Shown one piece after another: positions 33,606 to 47,234 of a DNA stretch of 47,562 nucleotides. This DNA is from Octopus sinensis. Its lineage: Eukaryota. Position numbers and translations under genes: made by a program. The stretch covers positions 1 through 47,562 of the forward strand of contig NW_021834496.1 of assembly GCF_006345805.1 (NCBI RefSeq), in the 5' to 3' direction. Every line of letters starts with the position of its first letter. The first letter of the stretch is position 1. The notes below the pieces were generated by a model. The model did not search any database and was not told the DNA's origin. It saw only the letters and a program-made list of their open reading frames with translations.

Positions 33606-36513
33606 GTAGTTTTATTTTTATAGCGTGCTTCACTTCACTACCGAGCGCAGCTCTGTGTGCCTTGGGTATGTGCTGTGATTTGTTGTGATGCCTGATGGTT
33701 ATTGTATGGAAAGTGTTCTGCGTAGGATGTGTGCAGTGCCTAGTAGTGCAATTTTCTGTATGTTATATGTGTTTGTAAGTCCTGGTGTTTTTGTTATGTA
33801 TTTGTCTGAATATTTTTTATCATGCTAATGCACCTACTATGATAGGAATTGTTTCTGTTTTTAGATTCCACATTCTGGTTACCTCTATTCCAGGTCTTGT
33901 ATTTTGAGAATTTCTCCATTTCTTTTAGAGACACGTTGTCATCTGCCGGTATTGATACATCAATTAGAAAGCATTTTTTTTCTTCATGATCTCTGACACT
34001 ATATCTGGTCTGTTGGCCTTAATTTCTCTATCTGTGTGTATCGGCATATCCCAGAGTATGGTTGCTTTCTCGTTTTCTGTGACCTTTTCTGGTGTGTGCC
34101 TATACCATCTTTTTTCTGTTGTTATTCCATAATGTTAGCATAGCTTCCAATGTATGTAGGTTCCAACTCTGTCATGTCTGTGAATATATTCCTTCTTAGC
34201 CAGGACGGGGCAGCTAGAGATAATATGATTTATTGTTTCTTGTCCATCTCCACATATTCTGCAGTTACTTGTAATATTTCTTTTCATTACATGTTTTTGG
34301 TAATCTCTGGTGGGGAGGCTTTGGTCTTGTGCTGCAATTAAAAATCCCTCTGTTTCTGCTTTGAGTCCTGAGCTTCTCAACCATTGCTGGGATTTTTCTT
34401 TGTCTATTTCTTTTGCGTTTAGTTTAGTCCAGTATTTACCACGAAGGGGATTTTCTTGCCATCGTTTTATCATGGTTCGTTGCTGTTCTATTTTTAGTTT
34501 GGATTTCATTTGTTTTATAGCTTTTGTTGTTTCTTCATCTTCTTCTTCTTCTTCTTCATATTTATTAGGTGGTATGATTTCTTGTTTGTATTTGTCAGCT
34601 TCCTTAAATACTGAGAACAATTTTTTTTGTTTTGCTCGTGTTTTGCCGCTATTTGTATCAGTTTTCCTTCCTTCTGAAGTAGATATTTTTGCAGTCCTAT
34701 GGTGGTTATTTTATAGTAGTTTTCCAGTTGTATAAGGCCTCTACCACCTTCTATACGTTGTATATAGTCTTTCTATGTCAAATTTTGGGTGATGCATCCT
34801 AGATCCTGTCATTATTTTTCTTGTTTTCCTATCTATTTTGGTCAGTTCATTTAGTGTCCAGTTAAGGATATTGTAGCTGTAACTTATAACTCGGACAGCT
34901 AAAGTGTTAATACCTATTATCTTGTTTTTAGCGTTGAGCTCTGTTTTTAGTATTGATCTAACTCGTCTATAATATTCTTTATTTATTTTCTCTTTCTTTT
35001 GTGTGTGTTGTGTCTTATCTAGTTCATGGATTCCTAAGTATTTGTAAGTTTGGCTTTGGTCTAATTCTTCTATTTCATTGGTTTTATCTAGTGTGATGTT
35101 GCTACTCTTAACTAGTTTTTCTCTTTTCATGGTTACTTTGGCGCATTTTTCTAATCCAAATTTCATATCTATATCTTTGGTAAATCCATGAACTGTCTTT
35201 AATAGTGTTTCCAGCTGTTTGTCATTTGCAGCGTATAGTTTTAGGTCATCCATATATAAAAGGTGGCTGATCGTTTTGCCGTAACATTTATATCCGCATC
35301 CAGTTCTATTTAGCATATCAGATAGAGGTGACAGTGCCAAGCAGAAAAGGAGTGGAGAGAGCGTGTCTCCCTGGAATATTTCTCTTCTAATGGGGATGTC
35401 TTTGGTTTTCATGAGTCCCTCTTTTGTTTGGAGCTGTAGCACTGTTTGCCATTTATTGATAGAGTGCCCTATAAATTTTATGATTGTTGGTGCTACTTTG
35501 TTAATGGCTAGTGTTTCGAGGATCCATGTGTGGGGGTTGCTATCAAACGCCTTTTTTGTAGTCGATCCAGGCCATACTGATGCCTTTCTTCTTTCTGTGG
35601 CTGTCTTCAGTTATGGCTTTATTAATCATTAGTTGATCTTTACAGCCATTTGAGCCTTTGCGGCATCCTTTCTGCTCTTCTGTGAACAGTTTGTTTTCGT
35701 CCAGGTGCTTGTTCAACCTTTGCGATATCACTGCAATAAATGCCTTGAACATTGTAGGGAGACAGGTTATTGGTCTGTAGTTTTCTGGTTTTGCTGTCTC
35801 ATTTGATTTGGGAATTAAGATGGTTTTTCCCCCTTCGTGAGCCATTCAGGCATTGTCTCTGGCTCTGCCAGTATGTTGTTAAGGTTTTCAGCCAGCTTTT
35901 TGTGCATTCTTGTTAGATATTTCAACCAGAAGTTGGGGATCTTGTCATGCCCAGGTGCCTTCAAGTTGCTTAGTCTTTGCAGTGCCTGGGTGACCTCTTC
36001 AGTTGTTATGGGGATCTAAAGTTGTTCAGATGCCGAGTTTGTTATTTTGATACTCCTTTTTTTTGGTTGTTCGTTCGCCGACCATATTTCTCTCCAGAAT
36101 TCTTCCACTTCTGCAGTTGGTGCTGCAGTGATTTCTATTTTATTTTTGCCAAGTTCTTGGCAGAACTTTTTGGGGTTGGAGTTGAACTTTTTGTTTTGTT
36201 CAAAGAAGCGCTGGCGTTTCTCGTACCGGCGGATCCTTTGTGCTTTGGCAAGGATATCTTGCTTCAGCTTTTCTTTTATCTCAGGTAAATCTTTTTCTGT
36301 GATGTTATATTTGCGGAGTATTTTTGTTTTCTTTTTGTTGCTCAATAGCGTTGATTGTCTGCTGATTTCATTAAGAATCGACAGATCTTTTCTCATTTTT
36401 TGTATTTTGTTTTGGATGTTATTTATCCACAGGGTTTGTTTGGGTGGTGGTACTCCTGTTTGGATGGGTTTGAGTGAGTATCCAGCTTCTTTAGTGGCTG
36501 CGGTGTCTGCTGC
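33606..36513 (-). mobile_element. 5'-truncated R4/Dong-clade (RLE) non-LTR retrotransposon inserted in (TAA)n
   Basis: Single disrupted ORF: YAA.., ENYRPITCLPT, EEQKGCRKGSNGCKDQL, WIDYKK, IFQGDTLSPLLF, HLLYMDDLKLY, YKYLGI, zinc knuckle CRICGDGQETINHIISSC, RHDRV, RLE NRPDIV..LIDVSIP..EKFSKY, IPIIVGALA, IQKIALLGTAHILR. Flanked on both sides by long (TAT)n (33520-33605, 36514-36620). Confidence 0.95.
33699..36513 (-). pseudogene. R4/Dong polyprotein (RT + CCHC + restriction-like endonuclease), frameshifted
   Basis: Track ORFs 36016-36396, 35543-35845, 34741-35442 and 34135-34620 are collinear pieces of one polyprotein; the stop is at 33699-33701. Confidence 0.92.
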
Positions 36514-36620
<107 letters not shown>

Positions 36621-37059
36621 CATCAGTCAATTAGCCATTGAACTCGTTATCGAATTCATCGTTTGCTTAATCATTCGGTCAAACAATCAACTAGGTTTGC
36701 CGAAGTCACCATTCGTGACCTCGTCAATGACTTACTCTCTCTACTCCATATCTGTTTCAGTTTTTGCTTATCGTTCGTGTGTTCAGGTGTTACACCTCAA
36801 ACAACCTCAACTACGGAACCACATCGCGGACATAATCAAAATCTTTTAAAGAATCTTATCTATGGAATTTAAATCAATGACAACTCGAAATTTAGTGAAC
36901 GAAACTATATTATGTAGATCCATAGATTAAATCATGAAAGAAATAGGAACATTTATAGAAAGTGGGATTCCCACAGGTATTGTTAGTTAGATAATATAGT
37001 CCTCAAACTTTCAAGACGGCAGGGTGGTCACGATTGGAATGCTTTGTTCATAGATCTGT

Positions 37060-37250
37060 TCAGTCAGAGCTGAATTGATGTTAACAACTACTACTGTGAC
37101 AACGATGTCAACTACTCCTTCTGCTACCACTGTTACCACCACTACTACCACCACCATCATGATTGCTACTAGTTCTGTTACCACCACTACTACCACAACC
37201 ACTACCACCACCACCACCATCAAAACTGCTACTAGTTCTGTTACAACAAG
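37060..37250. repeat. Degenerate (ACC/ACT)n trinucleotide repeat
   Basis: Direct reading. Confidence 0.85.
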
Positions 37251-37321
37251 GGACATTTTCAGAAACATTTGGGGTGCCATCTATGCGGTCGCTCGACGCA
37301 CGCACACACACACACACACGC

Positions 37322-37497
37322 AAAATCACAAAAGGCTTCTTCATAGTTTCTGTTTAGCAAATTCATTGATAAAGCATTGGTCACCCCGGGTCTATTGCAG
37401 GAAAAACTTACCAAAGTGCAGATGCAGAGTGGAGTTGAACCCTGGACCACATGGACGCAAACCCAGCTTCTTAACCCCACATCCATGCCTACGTCTA
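37322..37497 (-). mobile_element. SINE family B 5' half (diverged)
   Basis: Similar to 8870-9031. Confidence 0.65.
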
Positions 37498-37730
37498 TTT
37501 GGAATGTATATTCTTTTTCGTTCTAAATCGTTCATTTTAATTTCTGCTGAGTGTTTCTAATTAATGTTCTTAACATAAATTCCTCTCATATTGAGACAAA
37601 TATTTCTTCCAGCTATTTGAAGAGAAGAGGGGGGTTTAGAGGGTGCCTATCCGTATGAACATTGCTCTCTTTGTTTTCTTTCGTTCGCTTATCAACGGTA
37701 CAAAACAAGATAACTGTTGCTGATTTTCAG

Positions 37731-37843
37731 ATTCCTTTGATAGACGCACGCAGAGAGAGGATTTCTTGTTCATTACAAACAACCTGCTGTCCTACTCCAC
37801 ATGCGAAGCTGCACAACAGAAAATTGAAAAATTATTTCGGTGA
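37731..37843 (+). CDS. Candidate terminal coding exon (D)SFDRRTQREDFLFITNNLLSYSTCEAAQQKIEKLFR*, unidentified
   Basis: Acceptor CTGTTGCTGATTTTCAG at 37730. This frame opens exactly at the acceptor (TGA just upstream) and runs 36 protein-like codons to TGA at 37841. No family recognised. Confidence 0.33.
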
Positions 37844-37859
37844 TTTACTGTGTTTAATT

Positions 37860-37926
37860 ACGCGCACACACATGCACACGCCCAGACACAACACACACAC
37901 ACACACACACACATATTCTTACAAAA

Positions 37927-37960
<34 letters not shown>

Positions 37961-37965
37961 CATAC

Positions 37966-38019
<54 letters not shown>

Positions 38020-38024
38020 CATAC

Positions 38025-38095
<71 letters not shown>
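37860..38095. repeat. (CA)n/(TA)n microsatellite
   Basis: Direct reading. Confidence 0.95.
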
Positions 38096-38385
38096 TAGAA
38101 GTAGTTGATAGCTTCTATTACTTAGGTGAGCAAATCAGTAGCGGGGAGGGTGCACTGAAAGTGTAACTGCTAAAATAAGAATAGCCTGGGCAAAGTTTAG
38201 AGAGCTCTTACCTCTGCTGGTGAGAAAGGGCCTCTCGCTCAGAGTAAAAGGAAGACTGTATGACGCATGTGTACAAACAGCCATGCTACATAGCAGTGAA
38301 ACATGGGCCGTGACTGCTGAGGACATGCGTAAGCTCGCAAGGATGCTCCGATGGATGTGTAATGTCAGTGTGCATACTCGACAGA
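38096..38385 (+). mobile_element. RTE-clade LINE fragment (post-RT region)
   Basis: [87 protein letters not shown]. Confidence 0.85.
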
Positions 38386-38544
38386 AAGGAACACGAGAAA
38401 ATAAACAGAGAGAGAATATAAAAAAAGTTTTAGTGATGAGCTATCAATCATAGCAATGGCCGGACAGAGGTGGTCAGAGAGGAGAGCTAGGAAGAAGGGG
38501 AGATAATAAAGTAGCGGTACTGCTAAAAGAAGGTGCGCGCGTGC

Positions 38545-38715
38545 GTGTATGTGAGAGCATAAACAACATGAAAAACGAAAACATGAAAACATGGAAAACG
38601 AACTTTTTTTGCAAGCAATAAAAAAACAAATGGAAAAACAAGACAGGTATCATAAAGAACAACCCTTCATCAGTTGTCGGCTGTTTTATCTACTCCGCAT
38701 TTTGTCAAAACGGTT
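38545..38715 (+). repeat. Dispersed repeat (possibly Penelope-like terminus), longer copy at 43205-43460
   Basis: Shared ATGAAAAACGAAAACAT.AAAAC..CCCTTCATCAGTTGTC..TGTTT.ATCTACTCCGCATT. Confidence 0.7.
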
Positions 38716-38744
38716 GCCCCCGCAAAGCACGTTAAAAGGGATCT

Positions 38745-39045
38745 TTGTCTTGCAATTTACCTGGTGACCCACCAGTGCTTGTGCCATGTAAAAGGCATCC
38801 AGTCTACACTGTAAAGTTGTTGGCATTAGGAAGAGCATACAACTGTGAAAATCAGTGTTGGTACCCCATAAAAAGCATTCTGTCCATTCTGTAAGTTGGT
38901 TGACATTAGGAAGGGCATCCAGCTGTAAAAGCCATACGAAAACAGACTCAAGCATGGTGCAGCTCTCTGGCTTGCCAGCTCCTGTCAAACCGTCCAACCC
39001 ATGCCAGCATGAAAAAACGATATTAAATGATGATGAAAACCATCA
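38745..39045 (+). mobile_element. SINE/LINE 3'-tail derivative with RTE-type tail, internally duplicated
   Basis: TGGCATTAGGAAGRGCATMCARCTGT twice; ends CCGTCCAACCCATGCCAGCATGAAAAAACG.ATATTAAATGATGATG. Confidence 0.65.
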
Positions 39046-39309
39046 AAAATAAAAAAAAAGCACTAGCTAACAACAAAGACTTGAACTTATTGCTGTAGGG
39101 TCAGTAGCCAAGCAGTTTAACCTTCCAGTCAGAGCACCTCCTATATGCGAGGGGAGAAGGTGGCATGTGAATCCTCTTTAAGAAAGAATCCCGTTCCACA
39201 TCGAGGATATGACAAACACCAGTCAGTCTATCTAAATATCACACCAGGTGGCTGGTCATTCAAAGTAGGAAATGTGGTATTAAGCAAGGGTAAAAGTCAG
39301 GGTTTTCAC

Positions 39310-39620
39310 TCTTAATTTATCTTTTACATGTTTCAATTATGACTGTGGCCATACTGAGGCACTACCTTGAAGGGTTTAGTTAAACAAATCAACCCGAGTA
39401 CTTATTTTTTAAAACCTTGTACCTATTCTGTCAATCTCTTTTGCTGAACAGCTAAGTTACATGTTTGTAAATAAAACACCATCAGTTGTCAAGTGGTGAT
39501 GAAGACATGCACAAAGATACACACACACATAACAGGCTTCCACACAGTTTCTACCAACCAAATTCAAACTCGTAGGCATAAATCAACCTGGGCCATAATA
39601 GAAGACACTTGCCGAAGTGG
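39310..39620 (-). mobile_element. Degenerate SINE family B copy
   Basis: ATGACTGTGGCCATACTG.GGCACTACCTTGAAGG..GTTGTCAAG..ACAGGCTTCCACACAGTTTC..GAAGACACTTGCC. Confidence 0.65.
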
Positions 39621-39689
39621 GCAATGGAAAATATTAAAAAGAAAATGAGGGCAAAACGCACTCGTTTTTCACAATGAAAAATCGTTTCC

Positions 39690-40080
39690 TAGTAGCCGGA
39701 ATTTCGGGACAAAATGTATGTTTATTAAGCACAACAGCCTGCAATGCATGCTGCTGGGCATTAAAAGCCAATCGCACAAACCTAGAGGGGCTCTGGCCCC
39801 CTTGAATCGATAAAAAATCACTCTTTTTACCATAGCAACCACATCTTTATAGCTTGCGAATTTTAACCATCGGGTCTCATCCTCACCACGCATTTAGTAT
39901 CCCTGCCAATTTTCAACTCGATCCTAGCCTTCTTAACCATTGAACGATGGCGACTCCTATTTCTTTTTGTTTTAATAATCACACACACACACACACATGT
40001 ACACACACGTACACACACGGGATGTGGGAGACAGGCAGACAGACGGACAATCACTGACAGAGAAATAGATGAGAGGATGA
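39690..40080 (+). mobile_element. Possible DINE/HINE-like element remnant
   Basis: GCCAATTTTCAACTCGATCC followed by (CA)n and (ACAG)n, an organisation typical of DINE-type elements; ends not resolved. Confidence 0.3.
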
Positions 40081-40306
40081 ATATTTGCAAACGTTTGTAA
40101 AGCGTTCTAATTGGTGTGGTTTCTCTTACGAAGGGTTTTGTCCGAAGCGAAATCCAATATATTATACATTTGTACTGTTCATTATCCCATTCACTTTAGT
40201 GTACCTAACAAATCTTAAAATGTTGAATCAATACAATGCATGCAAAAAATCAAGTCAACCTATCCGTGCCTGTCCCTCTTAATAGATATTCACGTTTAGA
40301 ATTATA

Positions 40307-40871
40307 TTGGGTTGTCAGGAAAGTTCGTTTTGATTTATAGTAGCTTACCATTCGACTTATTTTAGAACATGGTTGAGTCCATAAAATAGGATTTGACTAC
40401 ACCTCTATTTAGAGCACAGTTTAAGCTATTTTTTGTGGAAGAAGGTTTATGTTCCTATAACCTGTGTTAATTCTGTAACCCTTTAAAATGGAAGATGAGA
40501 AAGTTCGTTTTCCGCACTTGATGCTTTGGGAACCAGACAAAAATTGCTGCAGCTCGGCTGGGGTGTGTTACCTCACCCTCCATATTCACCAGATATTGCT
40601 CCTTCGGATTTCCACTTATTCAGGTGTCTGAAGAAAAGTTTTAATGGTAAACATTTCAATTCCTTGGATGACGTAAAAAGATACCTTGATGAATTCTTTG
40701 CCATGAAACCACCTCAATTCTGGGAAGAGAGTATTTTCAAGTTAAAGAAAATATGGAGTCGCATTGTGCAACAAAATGGTTCATATTTGGTTGATTAAAA
40801 ATGTAATGGCAAGTAATTATTGACCATTTTCTTTCCTTTAAAAATCGGCACGAACTTTCCGGACAAGCGGA
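40307..40871 (+). mobile_element. Internally deleted mariner (DD34D-type) element with both TIRs
   Basis: TA|TTGGGTTGTCAGGAAAGTTCG versus CGAACTTTCCGGACAAGC. The N-terminus MEDEKVRFPHLMLWE (40488) is fused to the C-terminus TRQKLLQLGWGVLPHPPYSPDIAPSDFHLF..QNGSYLVD* (to 40798). Confidence 0.88.
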
Positions 40872-41439
40872 AACTTGTGGTTGATTTAACATATCAACCA
40901 CAAGCAACAATCGTCAGTGTGACATCGTTACAATGGCTTAAAGTGAATACCTCAACCGCAGTGGATGCCTATATATATAGAGGGGGTGTTTTAAGGGGTT
41001 TGCCTATGCTGCGGACCCATCACAGTGAAGTGTATGTAAAGTATAATATATCGAAATTACAGGACGCAAATTCACCAACCTATAGACATTTCCCAGATAT
41101 TTGATAATATATATATAGACATATAAAATCATTGTTTGTGTACGGCGATTTACAGCCTTCGTAATGTTATAACACCAATGAATCTCGGAATCTCATCTTC
41201 ATCTCATATGTTTGCTTAAAATATTTAGACAGATGCACATGTATAGTATCATATATATCTACGTGAGTATGTATGTATATATATACAAATATAAATCGTT
41301 TTTGAAAGTGGAACTTGAAGTAGATAAAGCTATAAATAATGACGAACAAATATTGGGATAAAAACAATCTTCGATTGAGAAGGAGAAGTTCACCCGCGGG
41401 ACACGAAGCACAGCTTCTGTAAACATGAAAAACATATGT

Positions 41440-41571
41440 GTGTGTGTATATATATTTACACATGTACATATACATATATATACTTGAGCAGACATAGATG
41501 TACATATATATATTATATATGCATATAATTATCTACATATTTTATCTCAGTATATGCTATATATATATATA

Positions 41572-41629
<58 letters not shown>

Positions 41630-41669
41630 AATATATATTATTATATATATATATCTATATATATAATAT

Positions 41670-41718
<49 letters not shown>

Positions 41719-42174
41719 ATAGCTATGTTCATTAATATTTTACTATCGAGCTCATAAGAAAAAAAAAAAAATATATATATATATATATATACATAGATAA
41801 ATGTATCCCGTCCAAAACATTTTGAATAATTTGTGATAGAATACAAAGCCCTATGTGTTATGTGTATCTACGTAATCTGCCTGTATGTCCGTATGCGTTC
41901 TATTAACATCAATGTCGGCTGAATGTATTTCTGTGGCTTAGAGGATATAATAAATTATTTGAAATAGATAATGTTTACATCACACATGACACGTGTATTT
42001 TAGTCGGTGAATATATTTATCCTCATAAGAAGTGTGGAAATTCATATGTATAGCTTTGCGCGTCTGTTTCTTATGTGTGTGTGCCTGCTTGTGTGTATGT
42101 GTGTGCATACATACATATCGTATATGTATATATACATATATATATACATATATACATATGTATATATATATGTG

Positions 42175-42224
<50 letters not shown>

Positions 42225-42336
42225 CATGCATATACATACATATGCATACATATACATACATATGTATATATAGATGCCTTAAATATATAGACAGAGAAAC
42301 AGGGTAAGACAGAGCGAGAGAGACAGCGACAGATAT

Positions 42337-42391
<55 letters not shown>

Positions 42392-42409
42392 CACATATAT
42401 CTGCGTGTG

Positions 42410-42470
<61 letters not shown>

Positions 42471-42578
42471 AGGGATGGCCATAAGTCACTTTCCCATTTC
42501 TAATAATAATAAAGAAATAGCTTAAGTGACTGATGGCCATCCATATATATATATATACAAATATGTATGCATGTATGC

Positions 42579-42609
<31 letters not shown>

Positions 42610-42850
42610 GATGGATGGATGGATGGATGTGGATGGATGGATGGATGGATGGATGGATGGATGGATGAATGGATATATACGCAGGTATGGTTGAGTAGTT
42701 AAAAAGTTGGCTTCACAAAGACGTTGCTTCATGTTCAATCCTACACAGTGATACACTCCGGCACATGTCATGTACGACAGTCCTGAGAGCGAATTCTGTT
42801 GCTGGTAACATAAAATCCCGTAGTATATATATATATATTATATTATATAT

Positions 42851-42894
<44 letters not shown>

Positions 42895-42896
42895 AA

Positions 42897-42930
<34 letters not shown>

Positions 42931-42981
42931 CATGTATATTATATATATATGTATACACACACATATTATATATATTATATG

Positions 42982-43013
<32 letters not shown>

Positions 43014-43200
43014 ATGTATATATATATATATGTATATGTATATGTATGTATATGTATATGTATATGTATATATTATATATAACTATTTATATATGTATTA
43101 TAAATATATATATATATAAATAATATATAAATATATGCATATATACATACATATATGTACATACCTACATATATATGTATATATACACGCATATCATGTA
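41440..43200. repeat. Large (TA)n/(ATAC)/(GT)/(GGAT) microsatellite field
   Basis: Direct reading. Confidence 0.93.
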
Positions 43201-43204
43201 CAGG

Positions 43205-43460
43205 ACCTCACAAAAATACTGAACACAATGAAAAACGAAAACATAAAAACAAAAACATAGAAACGAGCTTTTTTCGAACAACGATAAAAGCAGAAAAATG
43301 AGACATGCAACATAAAGAATATTCCCCTTCATCAGTTGTCCCTGTTTCATCTACTCCGCATTCGAAGGCAAGGACAATACGCGACTTCGTTGAAACAATC
43401 CTTCCCGCAAAGCAAATTAAATAAAATTTGTGATATGTTGCGGAGGGTGAAAGTGGTAAC
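43205..43460 (+). repeat. Dispersed repeat, copy of 38545-38715
   Basis: See 38545-38715. Confidence 0.7.
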
Positions 43461-43844
43461 AGGAACAAGACAGTGACAACAAGACTGTAAGATCAAACGG
43501 TGTGGGTTGTTAAGCCAAGACGATAGAAAAAATTATTATTATGAACGCTAGGAGAACGAGCTTATGAGAGGAGACACGTATAAGCCCGTCTTGTCTTTAG
43601 GAAGGAAATGGGCAGAAAGATAGATTCCTTTTCGTCACGTGTCAGCGACGAGAGAGTCAAGGAGGAAGAGTGAGAGAGAGAGAACGGTAAAGAGGAGAGG
43701 AGAAAAACAGAAAAGGGTGATATACATACATACATACATACATACATACATACATACATACATACATAGAGAGACAGCCAGCCAGAGAGACAGAGCCAGA
43801 GAAGATACACATATGTGTGTGTCATGGTGTTTGTCCACCACACA

Positions 43845-44040
43845 CACATACACAGGCACACTGCTTGATAACCGGTGTAGTGTTGTTTATCTCACCTCAG
43901 TTTAGCGTTTCGGCAAAAGGGATGGAAGAATGCATGTTAATATTAAAGTTAGTACTTCATCGGTGTCTATGATGAGGTCGACAAATCGGCACTGCAGCAT
44001 GACTGAAATCAAACGAATGATACAGGCAGAAGAGTAAAAG
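43845..44040 (+). mobile_element. Very diverged SINE family B 3' half
   Basis: CTGCTTGATAACCGGTGT..TTAGCGTTTCGGCAAAAG..CGGCACTGCAGCATG..GAGTAAAAG. Confidence 0.5.
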
Positions 44041-44122
44041 ACATACACACACACACACACACACACACACCACACACACACACATACACACACACACCAC
44101 ACACAACACACACCACAAACAC

Positions 44123-44170
<48 letters not shown>

Positions 44171-46443
44171 CTGATAGATATACAGATGGATAGAGATGAG
44201 TGAGTGAGTGAGTGAGTGTGAGTGATGGATATACGAAATAAACATTGTACATTAGCAGACAATAACTTAAAACGCGAACTAACGGTAAAATCGATTTGGT
44301 TTTATTCGCCTCCCGGCCAACAAGTTGATTTCGCCACACTTAATTGACAAGGTTCTGCCCTTCATGGCTGCTTTGCCTCCTTAATATACTATTTTTTTCA
44401 AGTTGAAATTCATTTGTAGTTCAATAAACTTACCAGGATATCCTATCTTGATACGATGTGTTTATTGTTTTAAAATGAAATCTCTAATGTTCTTTTATAA
44501 TCACACACATTCACGCAACCATACACGCGTGCTCACACACACACACACACACGCGTACATATATATGCTTTTCTGTGTGTTTATGTACACATTTGTATAT
44601 ATATTTGTATGTGTATATCTTCATATGTGTGATAGAAAGAGAAAGAAAGAATGTGTGTGCATGCGTGCATGCGTGCATGTGTGCGTGTGCGCGGGCACGT
44701 GTGCTTCCGCGTATTTATGTGTATGTAACTGCGTGTATAAAAATGTTATATTATTTATTTCTACTTACCAGATTTAGAACCCAAAATATATATGCTTCAG
44801 TGTAGCTGTCCTTGACTGGCCGCTTAAATGCTTCGACATCTAGCATAAAATGCTATGAGCGACATCTAGCATAAAAAACCGATGAAAATGTCTTGAAGTC
44901 AATTACAATCAGCCATATTGCATAAATCAGAAAGATTTAAAAGGTCCAGAGGAAATTAATTGAGAATGTGATAACTTCAAATTATGAATTTTCAACAGAC
45001 TGTAAAACAATGTGTCGGGAGTACAATTGTTGAAATGGGAATTTCTGACTTTTGAAGAAAAAAATATACATGGAAAGAGAAGAGATGGTCATGGCTAGAA
45101 CGCCTTTTATCATAATTCTGATCACTCGCAACTTACACGAAGTCAAACAACAACAGCAACAAAAAATAAACTTATTTTGCTGTAGAATTTAATCATGCGA
45201 GTTTAGTATTTCTGAAAATGCAAAACCATCAGAAGCGCTATCTATTATTGTATCTTTCTCCTTTGTCTATTTGCGGTTTCGTCCTCTCAAGAGCCTAATT
45301 CTTTCCTACCATCTGGCGTGTTTTCACTGGGGGTGATAATCTAGCAATTACGAACCACTTTTCTAAAGACTCTCACAAAATAACTCGTTCACAGTGGTCC
45401 ATATTACAAGAGATGTTTCGGTTCTTTACGTTTAAGAACGTAAAACAACGAAACATTATCGTAGAACATTTAATCCGACGCTCTCATCATTTCACCAATT
45501 CATCACTGGAATAGTTTGTTTTGTTTGTTTTTTTTTGTTTTTTTTATATCAACTCCGAACAAACAAGAAAAAGAAAAGGAAAGTTGCTGTCGACGGGCAT
45601 TGAAATCACAACGCCGGACTTAATTACTAGAAAAAAAAACATTCTATGCAACCCTCACATAACACTGTCAGTTGATTACGATTTAATTTGTACTTGTATG
45701 TGTTTTTACACTCTAGCTATTTGTTGACTACGGACATCGTATATCTTTTAGACCAATGGGTTTTTTTATGAGTTTCTCTATCACAAATATGTTTATCTAT
45801 TTATTATATACGTATCAAGATCTCTGTTGTATATACATGATAGAAATTAAGCAGTTATACATTCTCTGTTTATTTTTTGTATACATCTTTGTATAAACGT
45901 CTACAATTTGGTTGTTTGAATGAGAAAATGAGTAAATATTAATTCTATTTTTCTAATATATAATATTGAACTTACTACGTTTATATGAAAAAAAAACTTT
46001 ATACGCTTAAGTATATTTGTATAAATATCGGCTCTATTTTTTTCTTTTTGCTTTTCGATTATATGGACGCCATTTTTGTTGTAGTTGTTTGTTATGTTTT
46101 TTTTTCTCTATAACATTTAATATGTGTTATTAAGAGCTGATGTTTGTTCGTGTATTAAATGCAGATTTAGACAGAAGTGAATTTACGCATAAACAAACGT
46201 ATTCACACACACAGAATCTTACTCACACATACACACACATACACAAATACATGTGTGTCTATATTTGCGTATGTATACACACACACACGCACATATTTAT
46301 GCATATATATGTATATATGCATGTGTGCTTGGTGTGTGTGTGTGTGTACATCGTTTGTTTGGGCTTGTACTTTTCAATGTGACAGAACTCGATACAAACT
46401 TGCAGAGTAAACGTGAAAAGCGTTTTACACACATATATATATA

Positions 46444-46481
<38 letters not shown>

Positions 46482-46488
46482 TGTGTCT

Positions 46489-46527
<39 letters not shown>

Positions 46528-46535
46528 TGTGTGTA

Positions 46536-46755
46536 CAGGCTATGAACTATCAGAATCGTTGCCACGCCGGATGAAGTGTCGAGGGAATTTCGTCCATCTT
46601 TACGTTCTTCTGAGTTTAAATGCCGCAAGGGTCGTCTTTGCCTTTCATCCTTTCGGGGTCGATGAAATAAGTACCAGTTGAGCTCTAGGACCCATGCAAT
46701 TATCTTACTCCTATCCAAAATTTCAACTGTGTGGCTATAATAGAAAGGATAATAT
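46536..46755 (+). mobile_element. SINE family A copy
   Basis: CAGAATCGTT..CGCCGG..CTTTGCCTTTCATCCTTTCGGGGTCGATGAAATAAGTACCAG. Confidence 0.82.
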
Positions 46756-46779
46756 ATATATATTTATATAAAGACAGAC

Positions 46780-46816
46780 ACATAGATAGATAGAAGATAG
46801 ATAGATAGATAGATAG

Positions 46817-46848
<32 letters not shown>

Positions 46849-46940
46849 AGATAGATAGATAGATAGATAGATAGATTAGATAGATATAGATAGATAATAG
46901 ATAGAAGATAGATAGATAGATAGATAAATAGATAGATGCA
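46780..46940. repeat. (GATA)n microsatellite with AGA interruptions
   Basis: Direct reading. Confidence 0.95.
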
Positions 46941-47234
46941 CATATATGTGGTATGTATGTATGTATATACATTCATGCATATATTCACAGCCACGTGCAT
47001 TATACTCAGACATCAAAAATTCATCACGAAGAATACCTTGCATACAATCATACAAACACATATACACACACATATTCGTGCGTGTATATATGCGTAAGGC
47101 ACAAATCTTTTAGATCTATTGGCTCTTTTTTATGTTGCAGAAGTCTCACCGATTTCTGGTGACGAGGCGAGGCGATTTGATTTCAAATTACATAGAAATT
47201 ACATAGAGTAGAAATAGATACTGCAAGTCATCCC

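Noticed and set aside
36925-36985. Possible micro-exon MKEIGTFIESGIPT|GTATTG and acceptor at 36786
   Set aside because: Too short, weak donor, alternative frames close quickly; indistinguishable from chance.
41290-41430. Acceptor-like TTTTTCATGTTTACAG (minus) with open frames
   Set aside because: No donor, the frames run into microsatellite, and nothing is recognisable.
43290-43350. CTGATGA on the minus strand of the 43205/38545 repeat as a hammerhead core
   Set aside because: No stem II followed by GAAA at a suitable distance.
44833-44876. 17 bp direct repeat CGACATCTAGCATAAAA; also 19 bp (28624-28661) and 55 bp (6771-6880) tandem duplications
   Set aside because: Two-copy local slippage duplications with no further structure.
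44432-45212. Minus-strand GTAAGT donors at ~44432, ~44767 and ~45134 with nearby acceptors
   Set aside because: No consistent open frame; they could be UTR exons, but motif frequency in AT-rich DNA explains them.
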